From the NCBI RefSeq assembly GCF_037042905.1, contig NC_087258.1, forward strand, positions 23,622,001 through 23,686,000: DNA of 64,000 nt. The letters are read 5' to 3'. A program made the translations under genes and the position numbers. How positions within the stretch are numbered: the first letter of the stretch is position 1; each line of letters begins with the position of its first letter. The notes beneath the pieces were generated by a model that was not told the DNA's origin, made no database searches, and saw nothing but the letters and a program-made list of their open reading frames with translations. Source of the DNA: Lytechinus pictus (lineage: Eukaryota). Below are positions 1-20,487 of this stretch, one piece after another.

Positions 1-539
1 AAGCGAATTTCGATTACTTCTTGATTTTCGGTCAAAATCTTACGAATTAGCGTTGATATAGCATCGTGTTCGTTGGAGTTTGTAGAGTCTATCGCAACGT
101 GTACAAAGTCAATTGATTTCCGGGTTTCGGAGCGTCGCGTGAATATGCATGAAATTGCCGAGTCTCGATAATTTTCGATCGATACTGAAGCGATCCGATC
201 ACGAACCAAGACCATTTCCCGCGTTGACAATGTGACCGGATATTGTTATCGCTATCGATACTTTCGCACGCAGTCCGAAGGAATTATTTTGGCGACCACG
301 TAGTCATGACGTGATCTGCGCGATTGGCCAATCAGCGGTCTCCGATTCGCTGAGCCGAGACGGTCTATTCGTTGTACACAGTCTATGGACAATTTGCCAC
401 TGTGAAATATACAGTGTTGACGGGGGCGATTATGAGTTTTGCAGTCGCCCTCGTGTGAATGTTTTTAGCCCTTTTCCGGGGCTCTTTTTGGACTTTCCGG
501 GGCGAATTCGCCCGCCGCCCCCGTGTAATTTTTTGGTTG

Positions 540-972
540 GTACTTGGCCTATGAAAAGCTGGCTGCTGACCCATCTAAAATACATCTTCTTATAAAAATT
601 ATATCATATTAAAGCTTAGATCTTCAGCTTTATCATGATTTGAAAATCATTTGTGCCTAAACAGAAATTAAGTGTGAAAACAACAACTTTTGTTGCATGA
701 AAAAAAAATATTTTGTTTCATGTTTTAGATCAAAAGTTTTTCCTATATTACAACATTCTTTTAAAAATCCAAACACATGACCTAAAAGAATGATTCTTCT
801 TCTTTACATAGATACCAAAAACATGAAATTTGGTCAATATTTAGAGCAGCAATGGCCGAATAAAAAGAGGTGTTTTGGTTCGCACCAAGCTCATTAACTA
901 TGCAAAAACCCTCTTGTCATGAATATCACTTGGATAAAAGAAGCTACTTTTTCAGGGCTTGCGGACTGACTG
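540..972 (-). mobile_element. Terminal part of a non-autonomous DNA transposon, same family as 49730-50812
   Basis: 540-890 is an inverted near-copy of ~49815-50160. Ends in TIR GGGCTTGCGGACTGACTG. Confidence 0.75.
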
Positions 973-1532
973 TTTAATTTGATACCTTACTTAAAGAAAA
1001 CGGTCAATAAGTAACAAAGTTCTGTTTATTTGAAATAAGGCTTGAATTCCTATATTTTCATAAAATGAAGAGGTTTTACTGGATAGCTTTCAGACTTACT
1101 CGACACTCTGTTTTGTTGACCATTAGCCATGCATAAAGTCTTTTGTTAACTGTGCGATAGCTTAGGTGAGAAACCGGTGAAAACATGTGGTTCATGAAAT
1201 TATGGAAATATGAGCATTGTTTTGAAGAAGCATAGCTTTATTATTTCTTGACCATTTGCTGCGATTTAGCTATCAAATTAAAGAGCAGATATTGAACTTT
1301 TTAGGCATGTGATTTTCTTTATGAAATTTTGATACCCCCAGCCAAATGATTTTTTGCTATCCTTTCTTCAAATTGTTTTTACTCACTCATGCATGGATGA
1401 GAAATCTCGAATGTTATACCATCTGAAAGAAGAGATTCTAAGCTTAACAATAATAGATCATTAGTCTCTTGTATTTGTGATTAAGTTATAAATCATTGCT
1501 AAACCTCGGTTTCGTTTTTGTGGGACGCACTG
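973..1532. mobile_element. Right part of a Tc1/mariner-type MITE
   Basis: Ends ...TTTTTGTGGGACGCACTG followed by TA, a typical CAGTG terminus with TA target. Confidence 0.5.
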
Positions 1533-1555
1533 TATATTGCAATACATTTCAATAC

Positions 1556-4500
1556 CTGCTTTAGGCTTTGTCTAAACCTCTGTCCCGTGGTATGTCTGTA
1601 GATTTGATGAACTATGTTGGCGCTGCATAGATCCCTTGGTGTTCGGGCAGGAATCAAGGAGTCCTCACTCCCTCTGATGATGATGTCACCAATTGAGTCA
1701 TCTCTTGCTTTCTCCTCTGCATCCTTATCCTGCTCAACAAGGAAGACAGAGTGGAATTATTCATTAACACAATTTTCATGTCTTTAAATCACACTTTTTT
1801 ATACAATTTACTTGAAAATCTGTCATTTTAAAGGTGAATTCTATTTCTACCCATAAGCGTTAGTAAGTGATATTATTGAATGGAGGAAATTAGAAACTAG
1901 CATAGCTCTTGAGAATCTTTGCATAGATCAATCAGATGTGGGGAAAAAAATATGGTGATTTAGACATATACAGGAATAATTGATTAGGCCTGCCAAGAAG
2001 ATCATGTCAAATTAGGCATTTTAGGTGATTTTTAGAACTTGTGATAATAGCTTTACAATTGATACCATTGCAAAGAGGAACTCTTCCAGATCTTTCCTTT
2101 CTTGAAATTTTGACAAATCTGTACCTTCTTGATTTTGAGTGTCGGTAATCAGGTAATGCTTGTCTCATTTTCATCTATTTGTAAAAAAAACAAACTTGTT
2201 GCTATCTATATCTTGAATAGTTTCCCTCGACTCCTTTACTTAATCAGACTTTCGGCATCATATGGGCTATTCCACGGTTACTCACGTTACATTTGGAGAC
2301 ACCTTGACTCATACTTGGAGCTGTAACTCCATTATTATTGATAGGAACTAAACATCTCTTTATCACAACATAGTACGCAGTCTGACTATCCTTTGTATAA
2401 AAACAAAACTTGGGAAATTTCATTATGCTCCTGGCAAATCTTTGAAATGTGTCGGTTACTCATGTTACATGATTTGGACATGCATAAAATGAAAAGTGGA
2501 CATAAGTGAAAAGTGTCTTCATGCAAGGCTTTTATGAAAGTTGATTATATCCATTTCAAAGAAGTATATTAGGGAGACAAATTTGTATATAATTAAAAAA
2601 ATAAAGAACACATGGTTTTTACAAGGGGTGTAGATAAAGTGGTTACTCACGTTACGGTTCAGATGGGCTATATGTACAAATAGGGTGTCTGAAGCCACAC
2701 TGAAAAGTGTCAGCATAAAACAGGCTGATTTAGGGGAAAATATGGCACATTTTTTCGGGGAAGTTCAGGCTACTAGAAAAATGTGATCTGAATTGATTAT
2801 TAACTTGTGTTTGGCATGTATGGAAAGAGAAAATTCAGGGGCTTCTTTTGACAGTAAGGACAAGTTTATATGATTATTTTAAATAAGGATTTAGAGATAA
2901 ATTGCAAACCCTTATTTTTGTGTGTGTTGAGATTGCCATTTCTCCATGCGTTTTCTATGGGAAAATGAAATTTCTGTTTTGCACAATTTTTTTCACTTTG
3001 TCGCAATTTTTCATTGTGATCTGGTTTCCAAATCTTTATAAAAATCATACCATCAGATAGAGCATAAAAAATCCTATTGGACTCTTAATGGACAAGTTTT
3101 TGGCATTAATAATACATTTATAACAGCTCTCGGAAGCTAAAAATTTGGATTTGTGTGTGTCCATTTCTTAACTACACAGTCTATGGCAGAGAAATGCTGA
3201 AAATTTACCTAATTTCATTCTTCTTTTTTGCAGCCAATAATTGGATTTTTTTCAAAAAAAAAAAGTGTTACATTTCTGTCAGTCTGAAGGTCATTTCTCT
3301 TCAAATTCACAAAGAAAATGTGATATTTTCTTGAAATAAGAAAAATAATTTTTTTCTCCAGACACCCTAGTAGTACAAAGACACATTGAACTAATGTCCA
3401 CCAACCTATGGAATTGCCCATATACTAATAGAGTGTTGCAAGAAACTATGTATTTGCAAGTATAATTAGGTCCCCAAAATCATCTTGCATTTATTAATTG
3501 CAAATATTGGAACAACTGCAGAATACCCGGACACTGCGTTACCTTATCGTTGGAGAGCCAACGCACAACGATGTACTTAAGCTATCAAATCAGAAAATCA
3601 GCTATAATAAATAATTGAATGATTTACAACTTACAAGTATTTTTTGAATAGATTCTAAGTGTTCAGACTGCACTGTAACGCTAACGATGCGAGCGCGCGC
3701 GATTAGTATGTAGACCAACAGTGTCCGCGATGCCAACGATGTGTATATTTTCGTAGTACGTGTAGGCCAACACAGTCCGCGATGCTAGCGGTGCGTTGGT
3801 GTCCGTAGTACAGGCCAACACTGCCCGCGATGCCAACGATCTATATATATATCTGTGTGCATCTGTAGTATGTAGGCCGACATTGCCCGCGATGCCAACG
3901 ATGTGTATATTTTCGTAGTACGTGTAGGCCAACATAGTCCGCGATGGTAGCGGTGTGTTGGTGTCTGTAGTCGGTACAGGCCAACACTGCCCTCGATGCC
4001 AATGATCTATATCTGTGTTCTGTAGTATGTAGACCAACAGTGTCCGCGATGCCAACGATGTGTATATTTCCGTAGTATGTGTAGACCAACATTGCCCGCG
4101 ATGCCAACGATGTGTTGGTGTCTGTAGTACAGGCCAACATTGCCCTCGATGCCAACGATGCGATCATATCTGTAGTTGCCTATGTAAACCAACATTGCCC
4201 GCCATGGCAACGATGTGTTGGTGTCTGTAGTACATGCCAACAGTGCCCGCGATGCCAACGATGCGATCATATCTGTAGTTTCCTATGTAGACCAACATTG
4301 CCCGCGATGCCAACGATGTGTTGGTGTCTGTACTGTAGAGTACAGGCTAACATTGCCCTCGATGCCAACGATGTGAATGTATCTTTAGTAGGTATAGGCC
4401 AACAGCGCCCGCGATGCCAACGATGTGTTGGTGCCTGTAGTAGATGCCAACAGTGCCAACGATGCCAACAATGTAAATGTATCTTTAGTACGTATAGGCC

Positions 4501-7500
4501 AACAGCGCCGGCCAGGATGCCAACGATGTGTTGGTGTCTGTAGTATAGGCCAACCTTGCCCGCGATGCCAACGATGTGAATGTATCTTTTGTATGTATAG
4601 GCCAACAGCGCCCGCGATGCCAACGATGTGTTGGTGCCTGTAGTAGATGCCAACAGTGCCAACGATGCCAACAATGTAAATGTATCTTTAGTACGTATAG
4701 GCCAACAGCGCCGGCCAGGATGCCAACGATGTGTTGGTGTCTGTAGTACAGGCCAACCTTGCCATCGATGCCAACGATGTGAATGTATCTTTAGTAAGTA
4801 TAGGCCAACTTTGCCGGCGATGCCAACGATGTGAACGTATGTTTAGTATGTATATACCAACAGCGCCCGCGATGCCAACGATGTGTTGGTGCCTGTAGTA
4901 GATGCCAACAGTGCCAACGATGTGAATGTATCTTACATAGGCCAACATTGCCGGCGATGCCAACGATGTGAATATGCCTGTAGTAGAGGCCAACATTGCC
5001 GGCGATGCCAACGATGTGAATATGCCTGTAGTAGAGGCCAACATTGCCGGCGATGCCAACGATGTGAATGTATCTTTAGTAAGTATAGGCCAACTTTGCC
5101 GGCGATGCCAACGATGTGAATGTATGTTTAGTATGTATATACCAACAGCGCCCGCGATGCCAACGATGTGTTGGTGCCTGTAGTAGATGCCAACAGTGCC
5201 AACGATGTGAATGTATCTTACATAGGCCAACATTGCCGGCGATGCCAACGATGTGAATATGCCTGTTGTAGAGGCCAACATTGCCGGCGATGNNNNNNNN
5301 NNNNNNNNNNNNNNNNNNNNNNNNNNNNNNNNNNNNNNNNNNNNNNNNNNNNNNNNNNNNNNNNNNNNNNNNNNNNNNNNNNNNNNNNNNNNNNNNNNNN
5401 NNNNNNNNNNNNNNNNNNNNNNNNNNNNNNNNNNNNNNNNNNNNNNNNNNNNNNNNNNNNNNNNNNNNNNNNNNNNNNATTGAATTCAATTCCCATTGAA
5501 TTCCTTCAATGGGAATTAAAACTTTATTTCATATTTTAATGAAGAAAAAATGAAAATATTTCATGTATAAAAAATACAAAAGAAATAGAGAGTGAATGAC
5601 ATCGATCACCTCACTAACCAGGATATGCATATATTAAACTGTTTTGTGAAACCATACTTTGAAACGCTTGCCAACGATGTTTTGAATGTTGCATTGCACG
5701 GTCACATCGTTGGTCGTTGGCTAGCGGTGCACCCAACGATGTATAGCAATAGCTAGTAGTAGTAGGTAATTTAAAAGAGTGTATTAATCTTGTACTATTG
5801 CACCTTCACATCGTGGGTCGTTGGTTAGCCAACGATGTTTTAAATGTTACATGGCACCGTCACATCGTTGGTCGTTGGCTAGCGGCGCACCCAACGATGT
5901 ATATAGCTCTAGTAGGTAATTTAAAAGAGTGTATTAATCTTATTTTATAATATAACAGTTTCACATCGTGGGTCGTTGGTTAGCCAACGATGTTTTGAAT
6001 ATTATATTGCACCGTCCGTACCGTCACAACGTGGGTCGTTGGCTAGCAGCGCACCCAACGATGTTTAATTATAGCTCTAGTAGTAGTCAAAGGGCAAAGG
6101 TCATTACGTATGGCCTGGATGCATTGCTCGTACGTACCGTCATACGTACGTACGTACGTAGTATAGTAGTAGTAGTAGTACCAGTAATGCATGTACGTAT
6201 ATAATAGTATGGATATATCTCACTCACACAACATGCGAGGTTAGTATACTAACCTCGCACAACACATGTGATTTCATAGTGCATTTTGACGTTTTCATTC
6301 ATCACACGAATGTGAGGGACTAAACTACGCCAAACCTTTCAATATTTGTCCACTATGTTAATCTTGATCGTATTTTTTATGTTTATTTGAAAAAGGAATT
6401 ATAAATTATTTATTAAAGTGTTTTTATCGCTTACCTCCAAATCTCAACCAGGATACTTCGCTCGGTCCGTCCTTAGTCATCCTTCGTACTGCAGTGGAAA
6501 TTACGCAAACAACAATCGAAATGCGAAATTTTCCTATCGAACATTCTCGATTCAAGTCGTCGGCGCATAATAGGAAATTGTACCAAAAATCAACATAGTT
6601 CTCTATTTATTCAAACAATTTTTTCTGGGGTGCACTTGACCTTTAAGAGATTTTCCAATGAAAATATTACATGGAACTTGGAAATACAAATCATAATTTG
6701 GTTGAACAAAATGTTTTCTGTTAAAGTATAAAACAGAAGAGGAACATATCCTTCACGTATTTTTATATCCAAAATATGTTGCCTTAGTATGGAATAATCA
6801 CAATGACATAAAATGAAAATGGGTAAAGTACCTTCCTAATGATCATTGAGATTTCGCCTATGGAATCATTGTTTAATAATTTTCAAAGCTTTAAATAGAT
6901 GAAAATGTTCATTGAGAAAATATACATATATATATATATGAACAAAATGATAATGTCCCGATTGTTTCGCATTACGTGTGTTAGATTGCGGGCGTTTGTG
7001 TGTGTGTGTAGGAAGCAAGATATTCGTGTTAATGTTTGCACAAAAAAGGAGAGGGAAAGGGAAAGGAAAAGGGGAGGGGGAAAGGTAGAGGAGAGAGAGG
7101 GAAAAGGAGACCATAAAATAGAAAGAAAACAAAGGAAAGGAAGAGGGGAAGGGAGAGAGAAAGAAAAATGGAAATAGCGAGAAAAGAGTAGGGGAGGGAG
7201 AAAGGAAAGAAAAGAAGGGAAAGGAAAAAGGGAGAAAGGGAATGGAGGGGGCGGGAAAGGAAAGGAGAGACAATAAAAGACAGATCAGGGGAGGGGGAAA
7301 AGTAGAGGAGAGAGAGGGAAAAGGAGGCCATAAAATATATATAGGTCTCCTCATCATGGTTATAAAAAGTGCTCAGAATGTTTTATTTTCAAGTCCTTGT
7401 ATCAGAATTTTCAGCTCGGGCAGCTCTATCGCATTTTGATTACTATCCTGTTGATTTATTTACTTGAACAAAATATTTAAAATGTCCAGCTTTTAGAACA

Positions 7501-8643
7501 GATATCAAAAAAAGGTATTCACCTTTGATCATAGATGAGGAAGAAGAAAAAAGTGCAAAAAAATAGGAAACAAACTAACGAATTAATGGGACATAATTTT
7601 TCTTCATTTCAAGGCGACTCTTGACTTTACATTTCATCATCGCTGATGGCGCTACAAATAATAGAAAATACCGCTTGACAGCAAAAAAAAAAAACAGAAA
7701 GAGGAAAATAATGCTGAGCGTCTAAAATGCAGCTAGCAGTACAACCTGCAGAACCGTAAACAAACATCTTGTGAATAATATCGCGCGCCCTCTTTAAGCA
7801 AAAGTTTACAACCACAATGACCCTGCGGTATCTACGTGAAGATCACGAGAAAATGCTTTTTTTTTCTTAAAAACACACCAAAGAGAAGACAAGAAACGAT
7901 CCATATGGTTCGGTAAGTGTCATAGCACAATTAGAAACATTATTTTAAAAGAAATGGCATAGTTATTTTAGTAAAAAGGGTGTGAAAAATTCGCGTGCAC
8001 CATGTGCATATGAATCCTTCGCACGCGAGATGCATTGATCCCATGAGTGGGATATATCTAGGCTATATACCATTGAATTAGTATATAGCTATAGGTCTTG
8101 ACATCGTTGTGTTGGCTGACCAACGATTGGGTAGTGAGCAGTGTCGGGGTATTCTGCAGTTAAGCCCAAATATTTGTCATTGATTGACCGTACACGTCTT
8201 CTTTTTGTAATTGTATCAACAAACAACAAGTATAAATTGATTTGACTTTGTCAAAATTGATATATCCCTTCAATCATCATTCAATGTAAATTAGCTCCTG
8301 AATTTTGCAACTGATTCCAAATATTTTACTGTAACATCCCCTAAGATGTTATTCCAGGCTTCGTTGAGAGTAAGCATACGTTAGTAAATTATTTTTACTC
8401 TCTAGAAGCCTCCTGGCTAGTCATGCCATGGTTGTCGTATTGTTTCTCCCTCCCGATCCCGGCTCCCTGGAGCGACACCGCGCGCCGCGATCCACTCACC
8501 ACAGTTCTGCTTCTGGCTCTGCTGCTGGATCTGGATCGAGTTTTGGAAACTTTTTCTTTCGGGAGTTTCGCGACATCTCCGACAGTTGTCACAATGCATC
8601 CCTTAGATCCATCTTTCTTTTTCCTTGACATAGACGGTGCCAT
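1556..8643 (-). CDS. DDB2: DNA damage-binding protein 2 (DDB2)-like, 5' part: exon 1 8643-8500, exon 2 1729-1556; continues beyond the left edge
   Basis: Exon 1 MAPSMSRKKK...RARSRTV ends at a consensus phase-0 donor GTG|GTGAGT. Exon 2 (CAG acceptor, CAG|GTATT donor, phase 0/0) is open: DKDAEEK...DLCSANIVHQIYRHTTGQRFRQSLKQ, which resembles the DDB1-binding helix-loop-helix of vertebrate DDB2 (recalled as SILHYIYKSSLGQSIHAQLRQ in fish). A basic, low-complexity N-terminus starting MAP also fits. The WD40 exons are outside the window. Confidence 0.65.
2264..3419. mobile_element. Non-autonomous DNA transposon, Sola-like (GGG termini, 4-bp TSD)
   Basis: TIR GGGCTATTCCA / TGGAATTGCCC; TSD ATAT at 2260-2263 and 3420-3423; internal repeated motif GGTTACTCA(C/T)GTTAC. 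Confidence 0.7.
3705..5292. repeat. Tandem satellite, ~35-55-bp units with core GCGATGCCAACGATGTG
   Basis: Dozens of units with higher-order block duplications. The array runs into an assembly gap; related units in both orientations occur at 5665-6065. Confidence 0.95.
5293..5478. other. Assembly gap
   Basis: N run. Confidence 1.
7040..7335 (+). repeat. Polypurine (GA-rich) low-complexity tract
   Basis: Almost pure G/A, with an internal ~50-bp duplication. Confidence 0.85.
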
Positions 8644-9150
8644 TTTAAGCGATTCAGGGATCACAAATTTCATCAAAATCTAGCTTCGCCTCTGACACAT
8701 CTCAGTGCGGTGGCAGTACATTTGAAGTACGTCCACGTGCTTATATTTCATAAGCTCATGTCAGCTGTTTGATGTTTACAAAATAGGACTTGCGTAACAT
8801 TTTTCCCGCGATATGGTCCATATCGAGAAGTGGAACTGTCTCCAATGAATTTTTATATGCAATAATGTTTTGATGCACTATGATAAATTAAATATTTATA
8901 TATTAAAAAGTAATAATTTGTTTATTTCATTTACAGTTAAAGTGTTAAATATTGTTAAAAGTTTTTATCGTCTTTACAAACTCGGCAAATGGGTACGTGC
9001 AAGAAAACCGGAAGTAAATCAGACTGACCTGGGAGTTCCATCCAGGTCAAGGTGTACAGTGCATGCAGGACAGAACTTGATTGCAGTTCCTCTTCGAATA
9101 CCCACCTCTTTTACTCACCTGTACGACTGTATTTCATCTCAAAAGACAAA
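8644..9150. promoter_or_regulatory. Bidirectional promoter region between DDB2-like (-) and TPI (+)
   Basis: 507 bp separate the divergent ATGs. Contains ETS/GABP-type ACCGGAAGT (9007-9015), E2F-type TTTCCCGC (8802-8809), E-box CACGTG (~8734) and forkhead-type TGTTTAC (~8773). Confidence 0.55.
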
Positions 9151-17133
<7,983 letters not shown>

Positions 17134-17229
17134 TGCTGTCGTCATACACTATCAATATTATAGTGCATGATAGTATAGATTATATTGTTACATTTTATAG
17201 GTACTTGGAAATTCCCTTGTGAGCATTGC

Positions 17230-17235
17230 AATAAA
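17230..17235 (+). promoter_or_regulatory. Candidate polyadenylation signal of TPI
   Basis: AATAAA about 100 nt after the TAA stop at 17133. Confidence 0.4.
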
Positions 17236-17381
17236 ATGAGATTTGAATTCATATCTACAGTTAAGCTCACTCAAATAATATCCTTGTGGATATAAAGATG
17301 CTATTTTGCAAAATGGATTTTTCGCAAACCAACTCTGTTAAAAATTCCCAGTATTTGGTTAGGAAGTAAGTTGATAACCGG

Positions 17382-17560
17382 GTAGGTGTTTTATAAAGCT
17401 GTTCGTAAGTTAAGAGCGACTTTACGAACAACTGGTGATCCTTTCTTGTGGTAAAAATATACACACCTGACTTTCATTGGTCTCGATTTAGTTCCTAAGA
17501 AAAGGTCACCAGCCGTTCGTAAAGTCGCTTGTAAGTTACAAAGAGCTTTATGAAACACGT
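17382..17560. mobile_element. PIF/Harbinger-like MITE, second copy of the 14826 family
   Basis: Same TIR sequence as 14826-14997. Confidence 0.7.
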
Positions 17561-17775
17561 AGCAGGATATCATGTGACTGAAATGTTTATGGTATTGAGT
17601 CTGATGATAATAGTAATGCTATTAGTGTGACCCGATGTGATTTAGCCCACTTTATGGTATAACGAGCTATTTCATGGTGATTTGCTACATACCACCGATA
17701 GTGCTACTTTTGATCTGCTGCCAATGTTGTGGGAAATGGGCCCAGCCATCATTCAAATTTTCATGAATATGACCA

Positions 17776-17933
17776 GGGGAGCGTTTCATGAAAGGACTTG
17801 TCGGACGTTTTATCTGACAAGTCCCACTTTATCCGACAGTTACCATAGTAACAGTACCTCTCAGCCAATCAACATCAGAGAAAGATGTCAGATCTGACAA
17901 CTTGTCGGATGAAAATGTTGATGAAACACTCCC
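17776..17933. mobile_element. PIF/Harbinger-like MITE
   Basis: TIR GGGAGCGTTTCAT / ATGAAACACTCCC with CAG TSD; relatives at ~21061-21221, ~35120-35268 and ~57108-57267. Confidence 0.7.
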
Positions 17934-20183
17934 CAGGCTTTCCTCTTTCACACATGCTGCTTTGATGACAATCATTCATATTTCTATATACTGCCCTCTA
18001 TTTTTGAGAATAGTGTAATGCATTGTTTAAATGTCCCACAATACAGCATCAGCAGTTTGATACTTGCCTGAGGATTTTTCACTCGGAATTAAAAAAAAAT
18101 TAATTCAACCAGAATTGTATTTAGTAGAGTGATATCAGTAGAGAACACCTCTCACTCATCAAATTCAAACTTGTTTATTTTAATTTCCAATAAAATAAAA
18201 TAAAATGAAATGAAATGAAATAAAATGTTAGTACAATAAACAATGCCATTTGCATATAATGATAAAATCATACAAACAATATCAATCAAGTTGTGTATGT
18301 ATTAGTCTCTTCATGGATGGAACCTGGGATAGTTCTCTCCTCTGATTTTAGTGCAGAGGAAACTTTTCAGATCAGTGTGGTTGACCTTTGACCTCTTAGC
18401 CTCAGCTTGTACAGGAGACGCTTTACATGTTGATACATGTGGCACCACCATTGCTCTATAATCCACTCTGACATTGGGCCACTGTTGAAATATCAGTATT
18501 ATCCAGGCCTTAAATTTCAATATTTCTAGGAAAAGTTCACTCTTTTTATATTGGGTACATATATAACAGCACAAAGGGGACACAATAAAAAAAAAAGGAC
18601 ACAAGAAATATCCATGCCAATGAGAGGAAAATTTAGGCCAGCCTGTGATGACAATTGTGAGAAAAAGATATATACTTAATTATTATCATACTGACATACT
18701 CCTTGCATTTGATCAGAAAATTGTTCCAGGTTTTGATATAATCTCTTGAAAAGACCTTGTTTGCTGGCTGAGAATTTTAATATTCCACCGTCCATATTCT
18801 GTATGTCAATCAGACATGGTTCAGAGTGATATTGAAAAGCTACTGAAATGAATACATTTTATGGTAAAGGATCATGATTGATTCAGTTACATATTTGTGG
18901 CTGTTTTCACAACTCAAGTTTGTGAAAGGGTGTTACGATGTCTTATTATCAAAAAGGTTATTTTGAAAAGTTAGACTTGCGAAACAGTGCTATGTGGCTC
19001 TGTTGTGCTGAAGTCTTTATGTCCTTAAACAATTTATATATTGCTTGAAAGATCATTTATCATGAGTTTGTGTTTTGGTGTTGTGTAGTGTATCTGCAAA
19101 GCAGTGATAGAACAATGTTTGAATACTAATTGGGCAAACCCAGCTGGGAAAGACCAGACAATCAGAGAGATAAAAGCAATTGATACCACCCGTCATATTT
19201 GAATAACTCTTCTACACCCAAGTTTAAATCCACCTTGGAAAGGAAACATAGCTATTTAAAAAGTATTTTGAATGGGTTGGTGCTACGATTGCCAGCATTT
19301 TTTTTCCTTGCCTTTTCTGTCTTCTTTAAAGAGTGCATAGTGACTAATTTGGCAGTGATATGGCAGCTATATAAAGTATGTTGGTATTATTATTAATGGT
19401 GTTTTGAAAGTTTCCGTTGGTAAAGACAGGTGAGGTTTTCAAATCATTCAATAATCAGAGTTATCCCAGTCCACGAATGAATTTGTCTTTGCCAGAAAGT
19501 GGAGCCATGTTCAGGAATAACTCAATAATTCAGGATTTGAATAATACAAAAATATTATTTAAAGTAAGCTAGTACTGCAAAAATCATTTGATGATTTGAA
19601 TTCTTATTGGACCATAATATTGTTAAGTCATGGAGCTACTATCTGATAGTAGCTCCATGATTAAGTGTTAAGTTTCCAGTAAATCGTGTATCAAATATAA
19701 TACCATACTCTCCAAGGTCTATCTTATACAATTATTGTAAATGCTGTGAATCCAAAAAAGGCCATAGTCTTGGCTGCCCAATTGTCATATTATGTAATAT
19801 GGTTTGCATTATGTTTCGAAATTCCGTTTGGGGTTAAGTTCATAAAAGGCTTTGTGATCGCATGTATGCTAAGTTAACAGCATGGAATAGTGCCAGAAGG
19901 TAGTAACTTTGTGTTTGATAATGTCGTGTTTGATTGCCAAACCCTTAGCTATGACCCTTTTCCACTTTTTAATAGCTGTAAATATAATCTAGTGACTTTT
20001 GAAAGTACATCCGACAGACGGGAAGCTTTATACGAGACCTAAGAAAGGCTCGACTTGGAGGGAATGGATTATTTCTGTGTCTGGTTTCAGCGTATCCTTG
20101 CCTGAATAAAATCAACCATAGTGTTTATTATCAATATAACGATGAATATTATGTATTTATATGTATAGTAAACTGAATGTTCA

Positions 20184-20487
20184 AGAGAGAGAGGAGAGAG
20201 ATGGAGAGGGAGAGAGAGAGAGGGAGAGAGAGAGATGGGAAGAAGGAGAAGAAGAAAGAGAGAGAGAGAGGGGGTATAAAGTACAACTTAAAAAGTCACA
20301 CTTTTATGGGCCATCCATTCCCTCGTTGCATAAAATTGTTTTCTAATCAATTTACTGTTTCTATAGACATACTCTTTTTTCCTGCTTTAAAAGTTATCCT
20401 CTCCAGGTGTATACATCAATCGGCAGTAGTAGTAGTAGGCGTAGTAGTAGTTGTAGTAGTAGTAGGCGTAGTAGTAGTTGTAGCAGC
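20184..20487 (+). repeat. (GA)n and (GTA)n microsatellites next to an assembly gap
   Basis: Directly visible. Confidence 0.9.

Larger units (their letters stand above)
3509..8166. mobile_element. 4.66-kb non-autonomous TIR element with 8-bp TSD (Merlin-like termini) containing a satellite
   Basis: ~65-bp imperfect TIRs (GGAACAACTGCAGAATACCCGGACACTGC... versus ...GCAGTGTCGGGGTATTCTGCAGTTAAGCC); TSD CAAATATT at 3501-3508 and 8167-8174. Confidence 0.8.

Noticed and set aside
2065-2174. Possible extra minus-strand exon (…TDTQNQEGTDLSKFQERKDLEEFLFAM)
   Set aside because: No acceptor/donor pair gives an open frame compatible with both neighbouring exons, and it is not needed for the model.
3681-5539. 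Many overlapping ORFs with repeated SLASRA / HRWHR / CQRC peptides; superficially CRISPR-like or a repeat protein
   Set aside because: They are translations of a tandem satellite. The spacers are related to each other rather than unique, there are no cas genes, and the context is eukaryotic.
6866-7357. Hydrophobic F/L/S/P-rich ORFs resembling membrane proteins
   Set aside because: Translation of a polypurine/polypyrimidine tract.
7631-7651. Possible 21-nt minus-strand micro-exon
   Set aside because: Lies inside the 3509-8166 transposon and is phase-incompatible.
8395-8499. Extension of the minus-strand ORF to the stop at 8395, or a donor at 8398
   Set aside because: That donor is phase 2 and puts exon 2 out of frame; the consensus phase-0 donor at 8499 joins cleanly.
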